A stretch of DNA of 64,000 bases from an uncultured Luminiphilus sp. (GTDB lineage Bacteria; Pseudomonadota; Gammaproteobacteria; Pseudomonadales; Halieaceae), in the NCBI GenBank assembly GCA_943789425.1, contig CALSUB010000006.1, positions 52,565 through 116,564 on the forward strand, written 5' to 3'. The translations under genes were made by a program, and so were the position numbers. The notes beneath the pieces were generated by a model. It ran no database searches. It worked only from the letters and a program-made list of their open reading frames with translations, and was not told the DNA's origin. Each line of letters starts with the position of its first letter. The stretch's first letter is position 1. This document shows positions 52,463 to 62,530 of this stretch, in pieces.

Positions 52463-52768
52463 TAATGACATAGTTACTGCCAATATTTCCATATTGCTTT
52501 CGATGCACATCCGACGTGCATTGACTCCGCAGGGGGCAGTGACAGTAGCGCAGGGGCACATTACCGGCAAGGCTAGGGGTGATGTGTTTCGCAGATAACA
52601 GTTATATCGAGCCGAAATAGGCCTTGGGCCGATCAGGCAACTGCACGAGTCTTTGCGTCAACACCGGGTGACCAAGGCCCTGAGCTCGGCGGCGTCAGAG
52701 TGCCTCTCTATGAACACAAAGCAGACTGAGCCGCTCAATCGTCGTGCTGGCTACCCGCGCCGCTGTCA

Positions 52769-53251
52769 CTAAGGCGGCACCGGCAACATCAGTGATTCTT
52801 TGACTTGTTCCATGACCACGTAACTCGTGGATTCCTGAACACCGGGCAGCGTTAACAGCGTTTCACCCAATAAGTCACGGTACGCATTCATGTCCGCCAC
52901 CCTCGCTTTGATCAGATAGTCGAAGTTGCCTGACACCAAGTAGCATTCCTGAACCTCCGGCAAATCGAGCGCTGCGGCAGTAAATTCCTCAAAAATATCC
53001 TGCGATGTTCTGTTTAGCCTAATCTGCACAAACACGACGAGTGCGCGATCGAGTGCAGCAGGATCCAGCACCGCCTGATAATGCTGAATCACGCCCTCTC
53101 GTTCCAGTCGCCGCACGCGCTCCTTGCACGGCGTGGTACTCAGGCCCACTCGGCGAGCCAATTCAGTGTGTGCTATCCGCGCGTCGCGCTGAAGCAAGCG
53201 CACAATATTGCGGTCAATACGGTCTAGTTGATTTGACTGATTGAATCCCAT
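52769..53251 (-). CDS. lrp: Lrp/AsnC family regulator, divergent from ald
   Basis: LDRIDRNI, ELARRVGLSTTPCKERVRRLE, ECYLVSGNFDYL, TSYVVMEQVK. Confidence 0.85.
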   Translation of the reverse strand: MGFNQSNQLDRIDRNIVRLLQRDARIAHTELARRVGLSTTPCKERVRRLEREGVIQHYQAVLDPAALDRALVVFVQIRLNRTSQDIFEEFTAAALDLPEVQECYLVSGNFDYLIKARVADMNAYRDLLGETLLTLPGVQESTSYVVMEQVKESLMLPVPP

Positions 53252-53309
53252 TGATCCTCCTAGCTAGGGGCGCCTCACGCACGCAAGCACTACTAGACTA
53301 ATACGCTTT

Positions 53310-53400
53310 TATAGGCGATGAAGATAGGTAATATCACTTTTATCAGTAATATTTTTAAATTAATTATCTTTTTATAATGCGAATAGAAGTGAGTATAGCC
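53310..53400. promoter_or_regulatory. A/T-rich divergent control region between lrp and ald, candidate Lrp sites
   Basis: Strong local A/T peak with repeated GTAATAT and a TATAAT at 53373-53378. Confidence 0.55.
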
Positions 53401-53461
53401 TTCCCGTCGGATCGTTCTCCAGCCAAAATCCGATCAAATTTGACCCTCAGGATTCAAACCG

Positions 53462-54610
53462 ATGCAGATTGGCGTCCCCATGGAAATCAAGCCCCAAGAA
53501 TACCGCGTCGGTATGACACCCGGCGGCGTCAGGGAACTCGTTGCGGCAGGCCATATCGTTCAAGTGCAAACCCAGTGCGGCGCTCGAATTGGCCTGACCG
53601 ACGATCTGTACCGCGACGCAGGGGCCCAGGTGATCGAGACCGCGGAAGCACTATTTTCCGACTGCGAACTGATCGTCAAAGTCAAAGAGCCACAGGCACA
53701 GGAATGTCATCTTCTGCGGTCCGGCCAGACCCTTTTCACCTACTTACATCTCGCCGCTGACCCCGAACAAGCTCAGTTGCTGATGGCATCGGGCGCCAAT
53801 TGCATTGCCTACGAAACCATCACATCGCCGCAAGGTGGCTTACCACTACTCGCCCCCATGAGCGTTGTGGCGGGACGGCTGTCGGTGCAGGCAGGGGCGC
53901 ACCACATGGAGATCCATCAAGGCGGCAACGGGGCCTTACTGGGGGGAGTTCCCGGGGTGCCCTCTGCACAAGTGCTGGTCCTTGGGGGAGGGGTTGTCGG
54001 CACCAATGCGATCCGCATGGCACTCGGTATGGGCGCGGATGTCACCGTGATTGACCGATCGGTCAAACGCCTTACTGAACTGGATGAGCAATACGGCGGG
54101 CGACTGCGCACCGTCTATTCCACTGCGGACGCGATCGAGGAGGCCGCCAGCCATGCCGACCTCATCATTGGTGCAGTCCTCATTGCGGGCGCGTCAGCGC
54201 CGAAGCTGATCACGCGTGACATGCTAAAAAAATTGAAACCCGGCACGGTGATGGTCGATGTCGCCATCGATCAAGGCGGTTGCTTTGAAACATCAACACC
54301 AACCACACATGCCGACCCCACCTATGTCATTGACCAGATCGTGCATTACTGCGTTGCCAATATGCCAGGCGCCGTCGCCCGCACCGCCACAATGGCTTTG
54401 ACTAACGCCACGCTACCTTACATCCAGCGTCTCGCTCACGGCGATCTAGACGCGCTGCTAAAAGACGATCCCCACTTTGCTAATGGTCTGAACATTCGTG
54501 AGAGCAAGGTCACTCACCCGGCCGTTGCAGCAGCGCTCGCAAGCGCGACGACTGAACGTTCGGCGACACCGCTTGCTGAACCAGCACGCTCGATGGGTAA
54601 CGCCGCGTAG
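53462..54610 (+). CDS. ald: Alanine dehydrogenase
   Basis: [48 protein letters not shown]. Confidence 0.97.
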   Translation: MQIGVPMEIKPQEYRVGMTPGGVRELVAAGHIVQVQTQCGARIGLTDDLYRDAGAQVIETAEALFSDCELIVKVKEPQAQECHLLRSGQTLFTYLHLAADPEQAQLLMASGANCIAYETITSPQGGLPLLAPMSVVAGRLSVQAGAHHMEIHQGGNGALLGGVPGVPSAQVLVLGGGVVGTNAIRMALGMGADVTVIDRSVKRLTELDEQYGGRLRTVYSTADAIEEAASHADLIIGAVLIAGASAPKLITRDMLKKLKPGTVMVDVAIDQGGCFETSTPTTHADPTYVIDQIVHYCVANMPGAVARTATMALTNATLPYIQRLAHGDLDALLKDDPHFANGLNIRESKVTHPAVAAALASATTERSATPLAEPARSMGNAA

Positions 54611-54736
54611 TCGAGGCCCTGGCCGGAGATAGTCCACAGGTGGCAGCGCTTTATGACTGACCGTTGGTCGTCGTCAGTTGCTCGACCTATCACCACCGCC
54701 TAAACTCTGAGTCCTCTCAATGAGTGTCTTTTGAAC

Positions 54737-56065
54737 ATGACCGATTGCCTTACGACCACCTCCCAACACTCTCAAACGCCGACCGCCCCGGAGCCCATTT
54801 TTAAGCGTTTCAGCGACCTCACTAACGCGGGCTTTAGTATTGATTGGGGCATTGCTTCATTTCTTGTCATCAGCCATTGCTTGGTATTGGTACTGACACC
54901 GCTGGCTTATATCGTGGCGCCTGCGGGCTTATGGAAAGTGATGCTGGCTTGGACATTGCTGCACGCGTTGATTGCCGCCATCGCAACAACCGCTTATAGC
55001 CACCGACTGATCGCCCACCGCGCCGCCAAAGATGTCCGACTGCCGACCCATGTTATTTTTTTAGGACTCCAGCTGTTCGCCTTGCAGGGCAGCGTCCGAA
55101 GGTGGTCAGCACAGCATGTTATCCATCACGCCGTTGATAAAACCGGGCAGCACCACCTAGACCCTTATTCAACCACTTGGTTTGACACAGGCTGGCGCAA
55201 CTTTTTGTGGTCTCACATGCTGACCTATTTGTTCAATCACCCTCCCTCTCGAGAGTTTGACGCCGCCATGAACGCCAAAATGCATCCGGCCATCATCTGG
55301 CAAGACCAGCATTACGTGCCGCTACTCATTCTCGCTAACTTTGCACTGCCCATCGCGCTAGGCATCGGCCTCGCAGGGTGGCTAGGCGGTTTCTGCCTGC
55401 TGGTTGCCAGCAGCGCGGGCTATGTCCTGGCACACCACAACACGTGGACCGTCAACAGCGTGACGCACCTGTGGGGCTTTAGAAAGGGCCTGATCAGTAC
55501 AGCAAGAAATAACTACATCTGGTTGGGGCCTTTGGGAGAGGGAAATCACCATGCCGATCATCATGACCACCCGAGAGACTTTCGCAACGGCTTTGGTTGG
55601 AGTGGTTGGGTGCTGGATCCAACCCGGTATGTCATTTTATCGCTCCGCGCTCTGGGACTTGTTAAAGGACTCAATCGCGCAAGCCGTTGGCAAGAGGCGC
55701 ACATCATCACCCGCCGAAAGGTGCGCGACACGAAAGCAAAATCGCAATCCGTGGTGTGGCAGCGCTGGGAGGAAAAGGTAGCACTACTGGGGGATGAGTG
55801 GCTTGCAGCCGCCCAAACATGGGATCAGTTCAAGCTCGAAAAGATCCAGCTCTCACAGCAAATACGTCAAGCGGGTGCCGATAGGATGGCCGCTGCGCGC
55901 GAGCGTATGGGGGACACCCAAGAGGAATTCCTGCGTGATTTGCAGGCTCGAAGAGCGGCTGTCCGCGCGGAGCTGCACGACGCACGCAAGCGCTTTAAAG
56001 CGAGGCGAGAAGACTTCTTCACCGCGCTGTCTGAGCTCAAGCAGGCCAACTTGGCTGCCGCTTAA
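54737..56065 (+). CDS. Membrane fatty acid desaturase (delta-9-like) with C-terminal coiled coil
   Basis: His boxes HRLIAH, HVIHH and HHADHH; NSVTHLWG; DFRNG..W..LDPT; start uncertain. Confidence 0.88.
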   Translation: MTDCLTTTSQHSQTPTAPEPIFKRFSDLTNAGFSIDWGIASFLVISHCLVLVLTPLAYIVAPAGLWKVMLAWTLLHALIAAIATTAYSHRLIAHRAAKDVRLPTHVIFLGLQLFALQGSVRRWSAQHVIHHAVDKTGQHHLDPYSTTWFDTGWRNFLWSHMLTYLFNHPPSREFDAAMNAKMHPAIIWQDQHYVPLLILANFALPIALGIGLAGWLGGFCLLVASSAGYVLAHHNTWTVNSVTHLWGFRKGLISTARNNYIWLGPLGEGNHHADHHDHPRDFRNGFGWSGWVLDPTRYVILSLRALGLVKGLNRASRWQEAHIITRRKVRDTKAKSQSVVWQRWEEKVALLGDEWLAAAQTWDQFKLEKIQLSQQIRQAGADRMAAARERMGDTQEEFLRDLQARRAAVRAELHDARKRFKARREDFFTALSELKQANLAAA

Positions 56066-56611
56066 GACACTGGGCTAAGAATGTATTGCACATCCCTTGG
56101 GATGACCTTGGCAAGACCGATTTCAGCTTAAAGTGGGTTGAGGCGTTAGACGGGACTGAGCACTCTGACACCTGCCGCAGTGAAGCACTTTGGCAATCCA
56201 AAAGGCGGATAAGTCTCACCCATGAAAACAATGTTCTCTCTGCAGTCGTTAGGTCCACAAGCGGCTAAACGGCGCGCCACCGCGCTCGCTAGAGACCTAG
56301 AACGATACCGAGAGCGCAGAGGCTACTTGGCAGGTGTGCGGCAGACCGACTCGTGTTGACCGAGCAGCCTGCGGGCGTCCGACTAGAGCACAGTCGGCAT
56401 AAAAATGGCGGGTTAACAGCTAAAAACGTCGGATTGGTGAGATATACGCCACAGATCGAATACTCTTTTCTCTTCGCTTGCCGCACAATACCGCGGCTTC
56501 ATTATCGGCCGGCTAGGAAGCGCTTTTCGCCAAAATCATGGGTATTGAGTGACTTAAGAACGCGCAGTCACCCGCCGCCCCTTCGCATTATGATCGCTAT
56601 AGGTTTATGTC

Positions 56612-57958
56612 ATGCATCGAGTCACCCCCGAAATCGAGTCACTCGCTAGAGAGATCCTCACCTACACGATGGATCGTCTGAAAATGGATCCGCCCACACT
56701 AGACCATCCTCTGTCGCAAACCGCACTGGAAGAAGCTGCTGGACAGACGATTACTGAATCTGGGTTAGGAGGAGAAAGCGCGCTCAGACTTTTCATCGAT
56801 AAGTTGGCACCGGCGTGCATTTCCGAGGACCACCCTCGATATCTGGCCTTTGTGCCGACCGCCCCAACAGACGTCTCCACCCTCTTCGACCTGATCGTAG
56901 GCGCATCCAATATCTGTGCCAGCAGCTGGCTCGAGGGCGCGGGCGCGATCTATGCTGAGAATCAAGCACTGCGATGGATTTCTGATATCGCCGGTTTTCC
57001 TCCCGAAGCGGGTGGCGTATTTGTCAGCGGCGGGACGGCGGGAAACCTATCGGCATTAGTGGCAGCGCGTCACGATTGGCGGCAAAAACAACCCGATCAC
57101 GCGGCACAGCGAGGACTCATTATTTCGTCCCGAGGAGCACACGCTTCGGTTCAACAAGCCGCCCACGTGATGGATGCGGATCTCATTCAGTCAGGTGGCC
57201 ATCGACTGACTGGGGACGATGTGGCGGCCACCATCGCGACGTTAAGCGAGACCGATCGATCGCGCCTGTTTGCCGTCGCCTGCACTGCAGGCACCACCAA
57301 TCTCGGCATTGTCGACGACTTGGAAGGCATTGGTGCCATCTGCCAGCAACACTCGGTGTGGTATCACGTCGACGGTGCCTATGGCGGTGCCGCACTCGCA
57401 GCGCCCTCAACCAGAATGCTGTTTAACGGCATTGAGACGGCGGACAGCTTCATTGTGGATCCCCACAAATGGCTATTCGCCCCTTTTGACTGCTGCGCAC
57501 TCATCTATGCAGATCCCTCTAAAGCACGGCGAGCCCACCGACAACACGGAGATTACCTCGAGGTCTACTACGACGGCACATGGAATCCCAGCGACTATGC
57601 ACACCACCTGTCACGACGCGCGCGGGGGCTGCCCTTTTGGTTCAGCCTAGCAGTGCACGGCACCCAAGCCTACGCAGACGCGGTTGAGCTCACACTGGAT
57701 CGAGCTCGCGAGGCAGCCACCATGATCGACGCACACCCCAACCTAGAGCTCGTGACTGACCAGCAACTCTCTATTTGTGTGTTTCGACGACTCGGCTGGA
57801 CACCCGACGACTACAAAACATGGAGCGGCCAACTATTGGAAGATGGCATTGGTTTGGTCACGCCCACAAAACACGAAGGCGAGACGGTACTTAGATTTTG
57901 TGTCGTCAATCCTCGAACCAGCAGCGATGATATTCAGCAGATTCTCGAGTCGCTATAA
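56612..57958 (+). CDS. Group II PLP-dependent amino acid decarboxylase
   Basis: HPRYLAFVP, GVFVSGGTAGNL, AGTTNLG, HVDGAYGG, DPHKWL (PLP lysine). Confidence 0.93.
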   Translation: MHRVTPEIESLAREILTYTMDRLKMDPPTLDHPLSQTALEEAAGQTITESGLGGESALRLFIDKLAPACISEDHPRYLAFVPTAPTDVSTLFDLIVGASNICASSWLEGAGAIYAENQALRWISDIAGFPPEAGGVFVSGGTAGNLSALVAARHDWRQKQPDHAAQRGLIISSRGAHASVQQAAHVMDADLIQSGGHRLTGDDVAATIATLSETDRSRLFAVACTAGTTNLGIVDDLEGIGAICQQHSVWYHVDGAYGGAALAAPSTRMLFNGIETADSFIVDPHKWLFAPFDCCALIYADPSKARRAHRQHGDYLEVYYDGTWNPSDYAHHLSRRARGLPFWFSLAVHGTQAYADAVELTLDRAREAATMIDAHPNLELVTDQQLSICVFRRLGWTPDDYKTWSGQLLEDGIGLVTPTKHEGETVLRFCVVNPRTSSDDIQQILESL

Positions 57959-58031
57959 TCGATGAAGTCTCGGCCTGACAGGGACCATTTTTTGGCGCTT
58001 ATACTGCGTCGCTCAAAAGGAATCGACTGGC

Positions 58032-59588
58032 ATGTCTGACTCAATCCGTTTTAAACCTTGGCTTATCGCCGCCATAATGTTGTCGGGGGTAGCGGGGCTC
58101 ATCGTTTTTACGCCCTGGTTTGTCGGTGAAGTCAGGGGGTCTGCGACCTCATCGCGTTTTGAGGCGAGCTACCCGTTGACATTTCCCAGCGATTTTGACT
58201 GGGGGGTGGCAGTCGCCGCTCAACACGTCGAACATCAGCAGCCGAGCGACTGGACGGCATTCGAACGACGGGTCATCAAAGAAGGTAAGACAGGCACCGG
58301 TGACCAGCCCGGCCAGGCTAAACCCGGACACATTCGCAATCTCGACAGCGTCTCAGATGAGGTCCGCTTAAAAAAAGTCGACTTTGATAATCGCTATGAG
58401 AGTGACTTTGAAGCGTTGGCCGAATTAGGCCTCAACAGCTACCGGTTCAGCCTCTCGTGGGCCAGATTGTTTCCGCGCGCTGACATGACTGAGCCTGACC
58501 CTGCAGGTATAACCTTTTACCGTGAGGTCATCGCCGCAGCCAAAAAAAATGGGCTTAAACCACATGTCTCTTTGTTTCATTTTTCGACACCAGAATGGTT
58601 ATGGGAAGAGCAAGGCGGCGAGCGAGGCTGGGAGCGAGAAGACGCGTTACAACACTGGAATCGTTACGTCACCGCGGTATCTGAATTGCTGGGCCCTGAG
58701 ATCAGCCACTGGTGCACCCTCAACGAGCCAATGGTCTACGTGCTATGGGGCTATTTAGAGGGGATCTTCCCGCCGTTAGAGCAAAGGGCCAATCCCGAAG
58801 CCACTGCTCCCGTCGTGGCTCGACTGCTCGAGGCGCATGCCAGTGCCTACCAAATACTGCATCGCGATGCAGCGCAACGTAACCAGATTATCGAGGTCGG
58901 ACTCACACAACACACCCGCGCCTTCGAACCGTGGCGCAATTGGCACCTTTTCGATCGCCTGGCAGCGGGCTTTATCCAGCAGGCATTTATTTGGGATATT
59001 TTTGATGCCATCGAGAGCGGCACCTACGCCATGACAGATAGCGAATACCAGCGCACGATCGATGGCCTCCAAGGAACGCAAGACTACGTCGGGATCAACT
59101 ACTACGGACGGTTCTATGTCCAAATGGATGCCGATGCACTCGACAAAGGACCCGTCACCCATACCCGCGACCCGAGAGATACTGAAGAACTCGCCAGCGA
59201 TCTAGACTGGGCCCTCTATCCAATCGGATTCAGTCAAATCCTAGAGGAAGCGTGGACACGCTATGGCAAGCCCATCCAGATTCTGGAAAACGGCATCGCC
59301 GATGAAGCCAACCCCGACACGCTGCGACAGACCTTCCTGACCAGCCATCTCAGAGAGGTTTGGCACGCTATGAACATCCGTGGTGTCGATATTGATGGTT
59401 ATTTCCATTGGTCTCATTTGGATAATTTTGAATGGGCAGAAGGATTTGGCCCCCGTTTTGGTCTCTATGCTGTCGACTATGACAAAGACTTTGCCCGCAC
59501 CCCCCGCGGGAGTGCTGACGTTTACGCGGACATTATCAAAGAGGGCTTGAGCGAGGCACTATGGGAACAAACAAAGGGGCCTTTTTAA
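58032..59588 (+). CDS. Glycoside hydrolase family 1 with N-terminal membrane anchor/signal
   Basis: YRFSLSWAR, TLNEP (acid/base), INYY, ILENG (nucleophile), WSHLDNFEWAEG. Confidence 0.93.
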   Translation: MSDSIRFKPWLIAAIMLSGVAGLIVFTPWFVGEVRGSATSSRFEASYPLTFPSDFDWGVAVAAQHVEHQQPSDWTAFERRVIKEGKTGTGDQPGQAKPGHIRNLDSVSDEVRLKKVDFDNRYESDFEALAELGLNSYRFSLSWARLFPRADMTEPDPAGITFYREVIAAAKKNGLKPHVSLFHFSTPEWLWEEQGGERGWEREDALQHWNRYVTAVSELLGPEISHWCTLNEPMVYVLWGYLEGIFPPLEQRANPEATAPVVARLLEAHASAYQILHRDAAQRNQIIEVGLTQHTRAFEPWRNWHLFDRLAAGFIQQAFIWDIFDAIESGTYAMTDSEYQRTIDGLQGTQDYVGINYYGRFYVQMDADALDKGPVTHTRDPRDTEELASDLDWALYPIGFSQILEEAWTRYGKPIQILENGIADEANPDTLRQTFLTSHLREVWHAMNIRGVDIDGYFHWSHLDNFEWAEGFGPRFGLYAVDYDKDFARTPRGSADVYADIIKEGLSEALWEQTKGPF

Positions 59589-59722
59589 CGCACTCAAACC
59601 ACCTAGCTTGGTTCGACCATCGGATGCGGAAGCGCTTCTCCACGACCGCGTTCCAAATGCAGAAAGCGAGTGCTAGCAGACAAGCAATAGCCAGGGGAGA
59701 CCCACTCAACCATGAGATTGCA

Positions 59723-61315
59723 ATGCTGATACATCACCCCACACAACGCAGCCTGATTATTGCCCTCATGCTGATCACACTGGCCGGTTGCTCGACCACG
59801 GTGAGAGCACCCTTTGAGATGCCTGAAGCTGAATGGACGCAACCTGCAGCCACCGACGGACTGCTTGCCCAGATTGCTGCCGACGTCACAGCGCGAGCCG
59901 AGACCCTCGGCGACCAGACTGACCACTCGGACGCCGGCATTTCGGGGTTCAAGCTGCTCGACAGAGGTGAAGATGCCCTCAGATGGCGACTGTCACTGAT
60001 CGACTCCGCGACGCAAAGCATCGACACGCAGTACTACCTCTATCACGGCGACAACACGGGTTTACTCTTCACAAGCCGACTGCTCGAGGCCGCTGATCGC
60101 GGGGTAAAAGTCCGCATTATCATCGACGATATGGGCACACTTGCCATCAGCCCGTCACAGGCAAAGCTCCGCGATAGCATGGGAGCGCTAATGATCGCCC
60201 ATCCCAATATCTCGCTGCGGTTATTTAACAGCAGTGGCAATCGCAACCTGCTGGGACGGGGCTGGAGTTTCGCGACCCAGTTTGAGCAGCTCAACCACCG
60301 CATGCACAACAAATCGCTCACGGTGGATAATCACGCAACGATAGTGGGCGGCCGGAATATCGGTGATGAGTACGTCGGGCTCAATCCGCATTTTAACTTT
60401 CGAGATATCGACGTCTTGGGTTTTGGTCCGGTTGCCAGGCAAACTTCATCGGTTTTTGACGTATTCTGGAACAGCGGCTGGGTCATTACCGCTGACTCCT
60501 CAACCCAAACCAAGGCAGAGGGTGTCTATGAGACCCAGCGCCTTGCGCTGAAGCAGGAGCTCAAGCAATCGGAGACGCTGGCGCAATTTTCACTGGTGGC
60601 ACGACGCTGGGAAACTGAATTCAATGCCCTAACACCCCTGCTCCACCTCGGCCGCAGCGAAGTCGTCACGGATCGACCCGATTCCGACGGCATCAGCAAC
60701 GAGGTCTTTGACTGGGTGATGGAGAATTTACCCGAGGTACAACAAGACCTCCTGGTCACTAACGCCTACCTCATTCCCGGCCCAGAGGGTGTCGCGATGC
60801 TCGATGATTTGGTGACGGGGGGGGCCGAGGTGACGATTCACACCAACTCGCTGGCTTCACAAGATGTCGCTGCTGTAAACAGCCACTATAAAGCGTGGCG
60901 AAAACCCATTCTGGCATCTGGCGCTTCGCTGTTTGAGGCGCGGCACGATGCGGCGATCAAAAAATCGAGGGTGGATACCAAGCCCATTAGCTCGCGCTAC
61001 ATGGGACTACACTCTAAATCGCTGGTAATGGACAGGCGCTTCGCTGTCATCGGCTCCGCTAACCTCGATCCGCGCTCCGCTTTTTTGAACTCCGAAATGA
61101 TCGCCATCATAGATAGTGAAAGTCTTGCCGAAGAGCTGGCACAGGCCATTCTTCTCGACACCTCCCCCGCCAACAGCTGGGAAGTGGGCCTGAACGATAA
61201 AAACCAAATCATCTGGCGCAATGATGTTGGAACCGTTAGTCGACAGCCCGCCCGGAGCGGCTGGCAACGATTTCAGGATCTGTTCTTCATGCTGTTTCCA
61301 AAGCGCCTTTATTGA
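59723..61315 (+). CDS. Phospholipase D family lipoprotein (ClsC/YmdC-like)
   Basis: Lipobox LAGC; two HKD motifs, HNKSLTVD..GGRNIG and HSKSLVMD..GSANLD; start set at ATG 59723. Confidence 0.92.
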   Translation: MLIHHPTQRSLIIALMLITLAGCSTTVRAPFEMPEAEWTQPAATDGLLAQIAADVTARAETLGDQTDHSDAGISGFKLLDRGEDALRWRLSLIDSATQSIDTQYYLYHGDNTGLLFTSRLLEAADRGVKVRIIIDDMGTLAISPSQAKLRDSMGALMIAHPNISLRLFNSSGNRNLLGRGWSFATQFEQLNHRMHNKSLTVDNHATIVGGRNIGDEYVGLNPHFNFRDIDVLGFGPVARQTSSVFDVFWNSGWVITADSSTQTKAEGVYETQRLALKQELKQSETLAQFSLVARRWETEFNALTPLLHLGRSEVVTDRPDSDGISNEVFDWVMENLPEVQQDLLVTNAYLIPGPEGVAMLDDLVTGGAEVTIHTNSLASQDVAAVNSHYKAWRKPILASGASLFEARHDAAIKKSRVDTKPISSRYMGLHSKSLVMDRRFAVIGSANLDPRSAFLNSEMIAIIDSESLAEELAQAILLDTSPANSWEVGLNDKNQIIWRNDVGTVSRQPARSGWQRFQDLFFMLFPKRLY

Positions 61316-61537
61316 TAGGGCGTAGGCTAGGAAGCCGCTGAGCAGTGAGCATCGGAACAGCCCTTTAATCGTCCAGATAAAAAAAGCATTGTTGACTGTT
61401 TTTCACGGCGAGGGTACCTTGCCATGGCGCTCGCGGGCCTTAATGTGCGGCCCGCAAAGATCCCCGAGGCAATGTCCGGCTAGCATTTCAGGCCACCTAG
61501 GGGGGCGATCAAGATAAAACGTCCAAGGAGACTGACC

Positions 61538-62518
61538 GTGTCTATCCCAAAGGAAACACTGCTGCACGCTTATCGTTCCATGAAGACGATCCGCGAATTC
61601 GAAGAACGCGTCCATGCGGAAATCATGAATGGCCAAATTCCTGGCTTTACCCACCTATACACGGGTCAAGAAGCCAACGCGGTGGCAGTCTGCGCCCATC
61701 TCGATGAGAGCGACACCATTATCAGTACGCACCGCGGTCACGGTCACTGTATTGCCAAGGGCGCCGATGTCGCTGGCATGATGAAAGAGCTATTTGGGTC
61801 CTCTGAGGGTCTCTGTAAGGGCAAAGGCGGCTCGATGCACGTCGCCGACATCGACAAAGGCATTCTCGGTGCCAATGGCATCGTTGCCGGTGGCCCGCCC
61901 ATTTCTGTGGGCTCCGCATTAGCCGCCAAGATTCGCAAGAATGGCAAAGTCGCGGTGTCGTTTTCGGGCGATGGCTCGGTCAACCAGGGTACCTGTTTCG
62001 AGGCCATGAACATGGCGGTTGTACTGCAAGTGCCCGCCGTCTTTGTCATCGAAAACAACTATTACTCAGAACACACACACATTGACTACGCTGTGGGCTG
62101 TGACGACTTGAAGGCGCGTACCGAAGCGTTTGGTTTCCCTGTTTTTGTTGCCGATGGCGCGGACTTTTTCGCTGTGCATGAAGCGGCTGGCAAAGCCATT
62201 GCTCATGCTCGCGCAGGCAACGGCCCGGCGGGCGTATTTGCCGAGCAAGGGCGCTACCATGGCCACTTTGTGGGTGACCCACAGTCCTATCGTGGCGAAG
62301 GCGAGCTTGAAAATCTGCGCGAAAACCATGATCCATTGAAAGTCTTTCGCCAGCATATGGCGACCTCCGGCGATCTGAGTGAAGCCGAGCTGGACGCCAT
62401 CGACGCCGACGTCATGGCTGAAATCGAACAATCTGTGGTGGATGCCAAGGCGGCGGCACGACCGACGCCGGATCAGGTGACGGCAGATGTCTATATTCAA
62501 TACGGTGCAACGGCGTAA
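61538..62518 (+). CDS. acoA: TPP-dependent dehydrogenase E1 alpha, acetoin dehydrogenase-like
   Basis: PGFTHLYTGQEA, STHRGHGH, GKGGSMH, GDG...NN TPP motif, GHFVGDPQ. Confidence 0.85.
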   Translation: MSIPKETLLHAYRSMKTIREFEERVHAEIMNGQIPGFTHLYTGQEANAVAVCAHLDESDTIISTHRGHGHCIAKGADVAGMMKELFGSSEGLCKGKGGSMHVADIDKGILGANGIVAGGPPISVGSALAAKIRKNGKVAVSFSGDGSVNQGTCFEAMNMAVVLQVPAVFVIENNYYSEHTHIDYAVGCDDLKARTEAFGFPVFVADGADFFAVHEAAGKAIAHARAGNGPAGVFAEQGRYHGHFVGDPQSYRGEGELENLRENHDPLKVFRQHMATSGDLSEAELDAIDADVMAEIEQSVVDAKAAARPTPDQVTADVYIQYGATA

Positions 62519-62530
62519 GGGGGACATACC

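Noticed and set aside
61433-61455. GCGGGCC...GGCCCGC hairpin upstream of acoA
   Set aside because: Short GC-rich stem with no U tract or recognisable riboswitch motif; no sigma54 site found.
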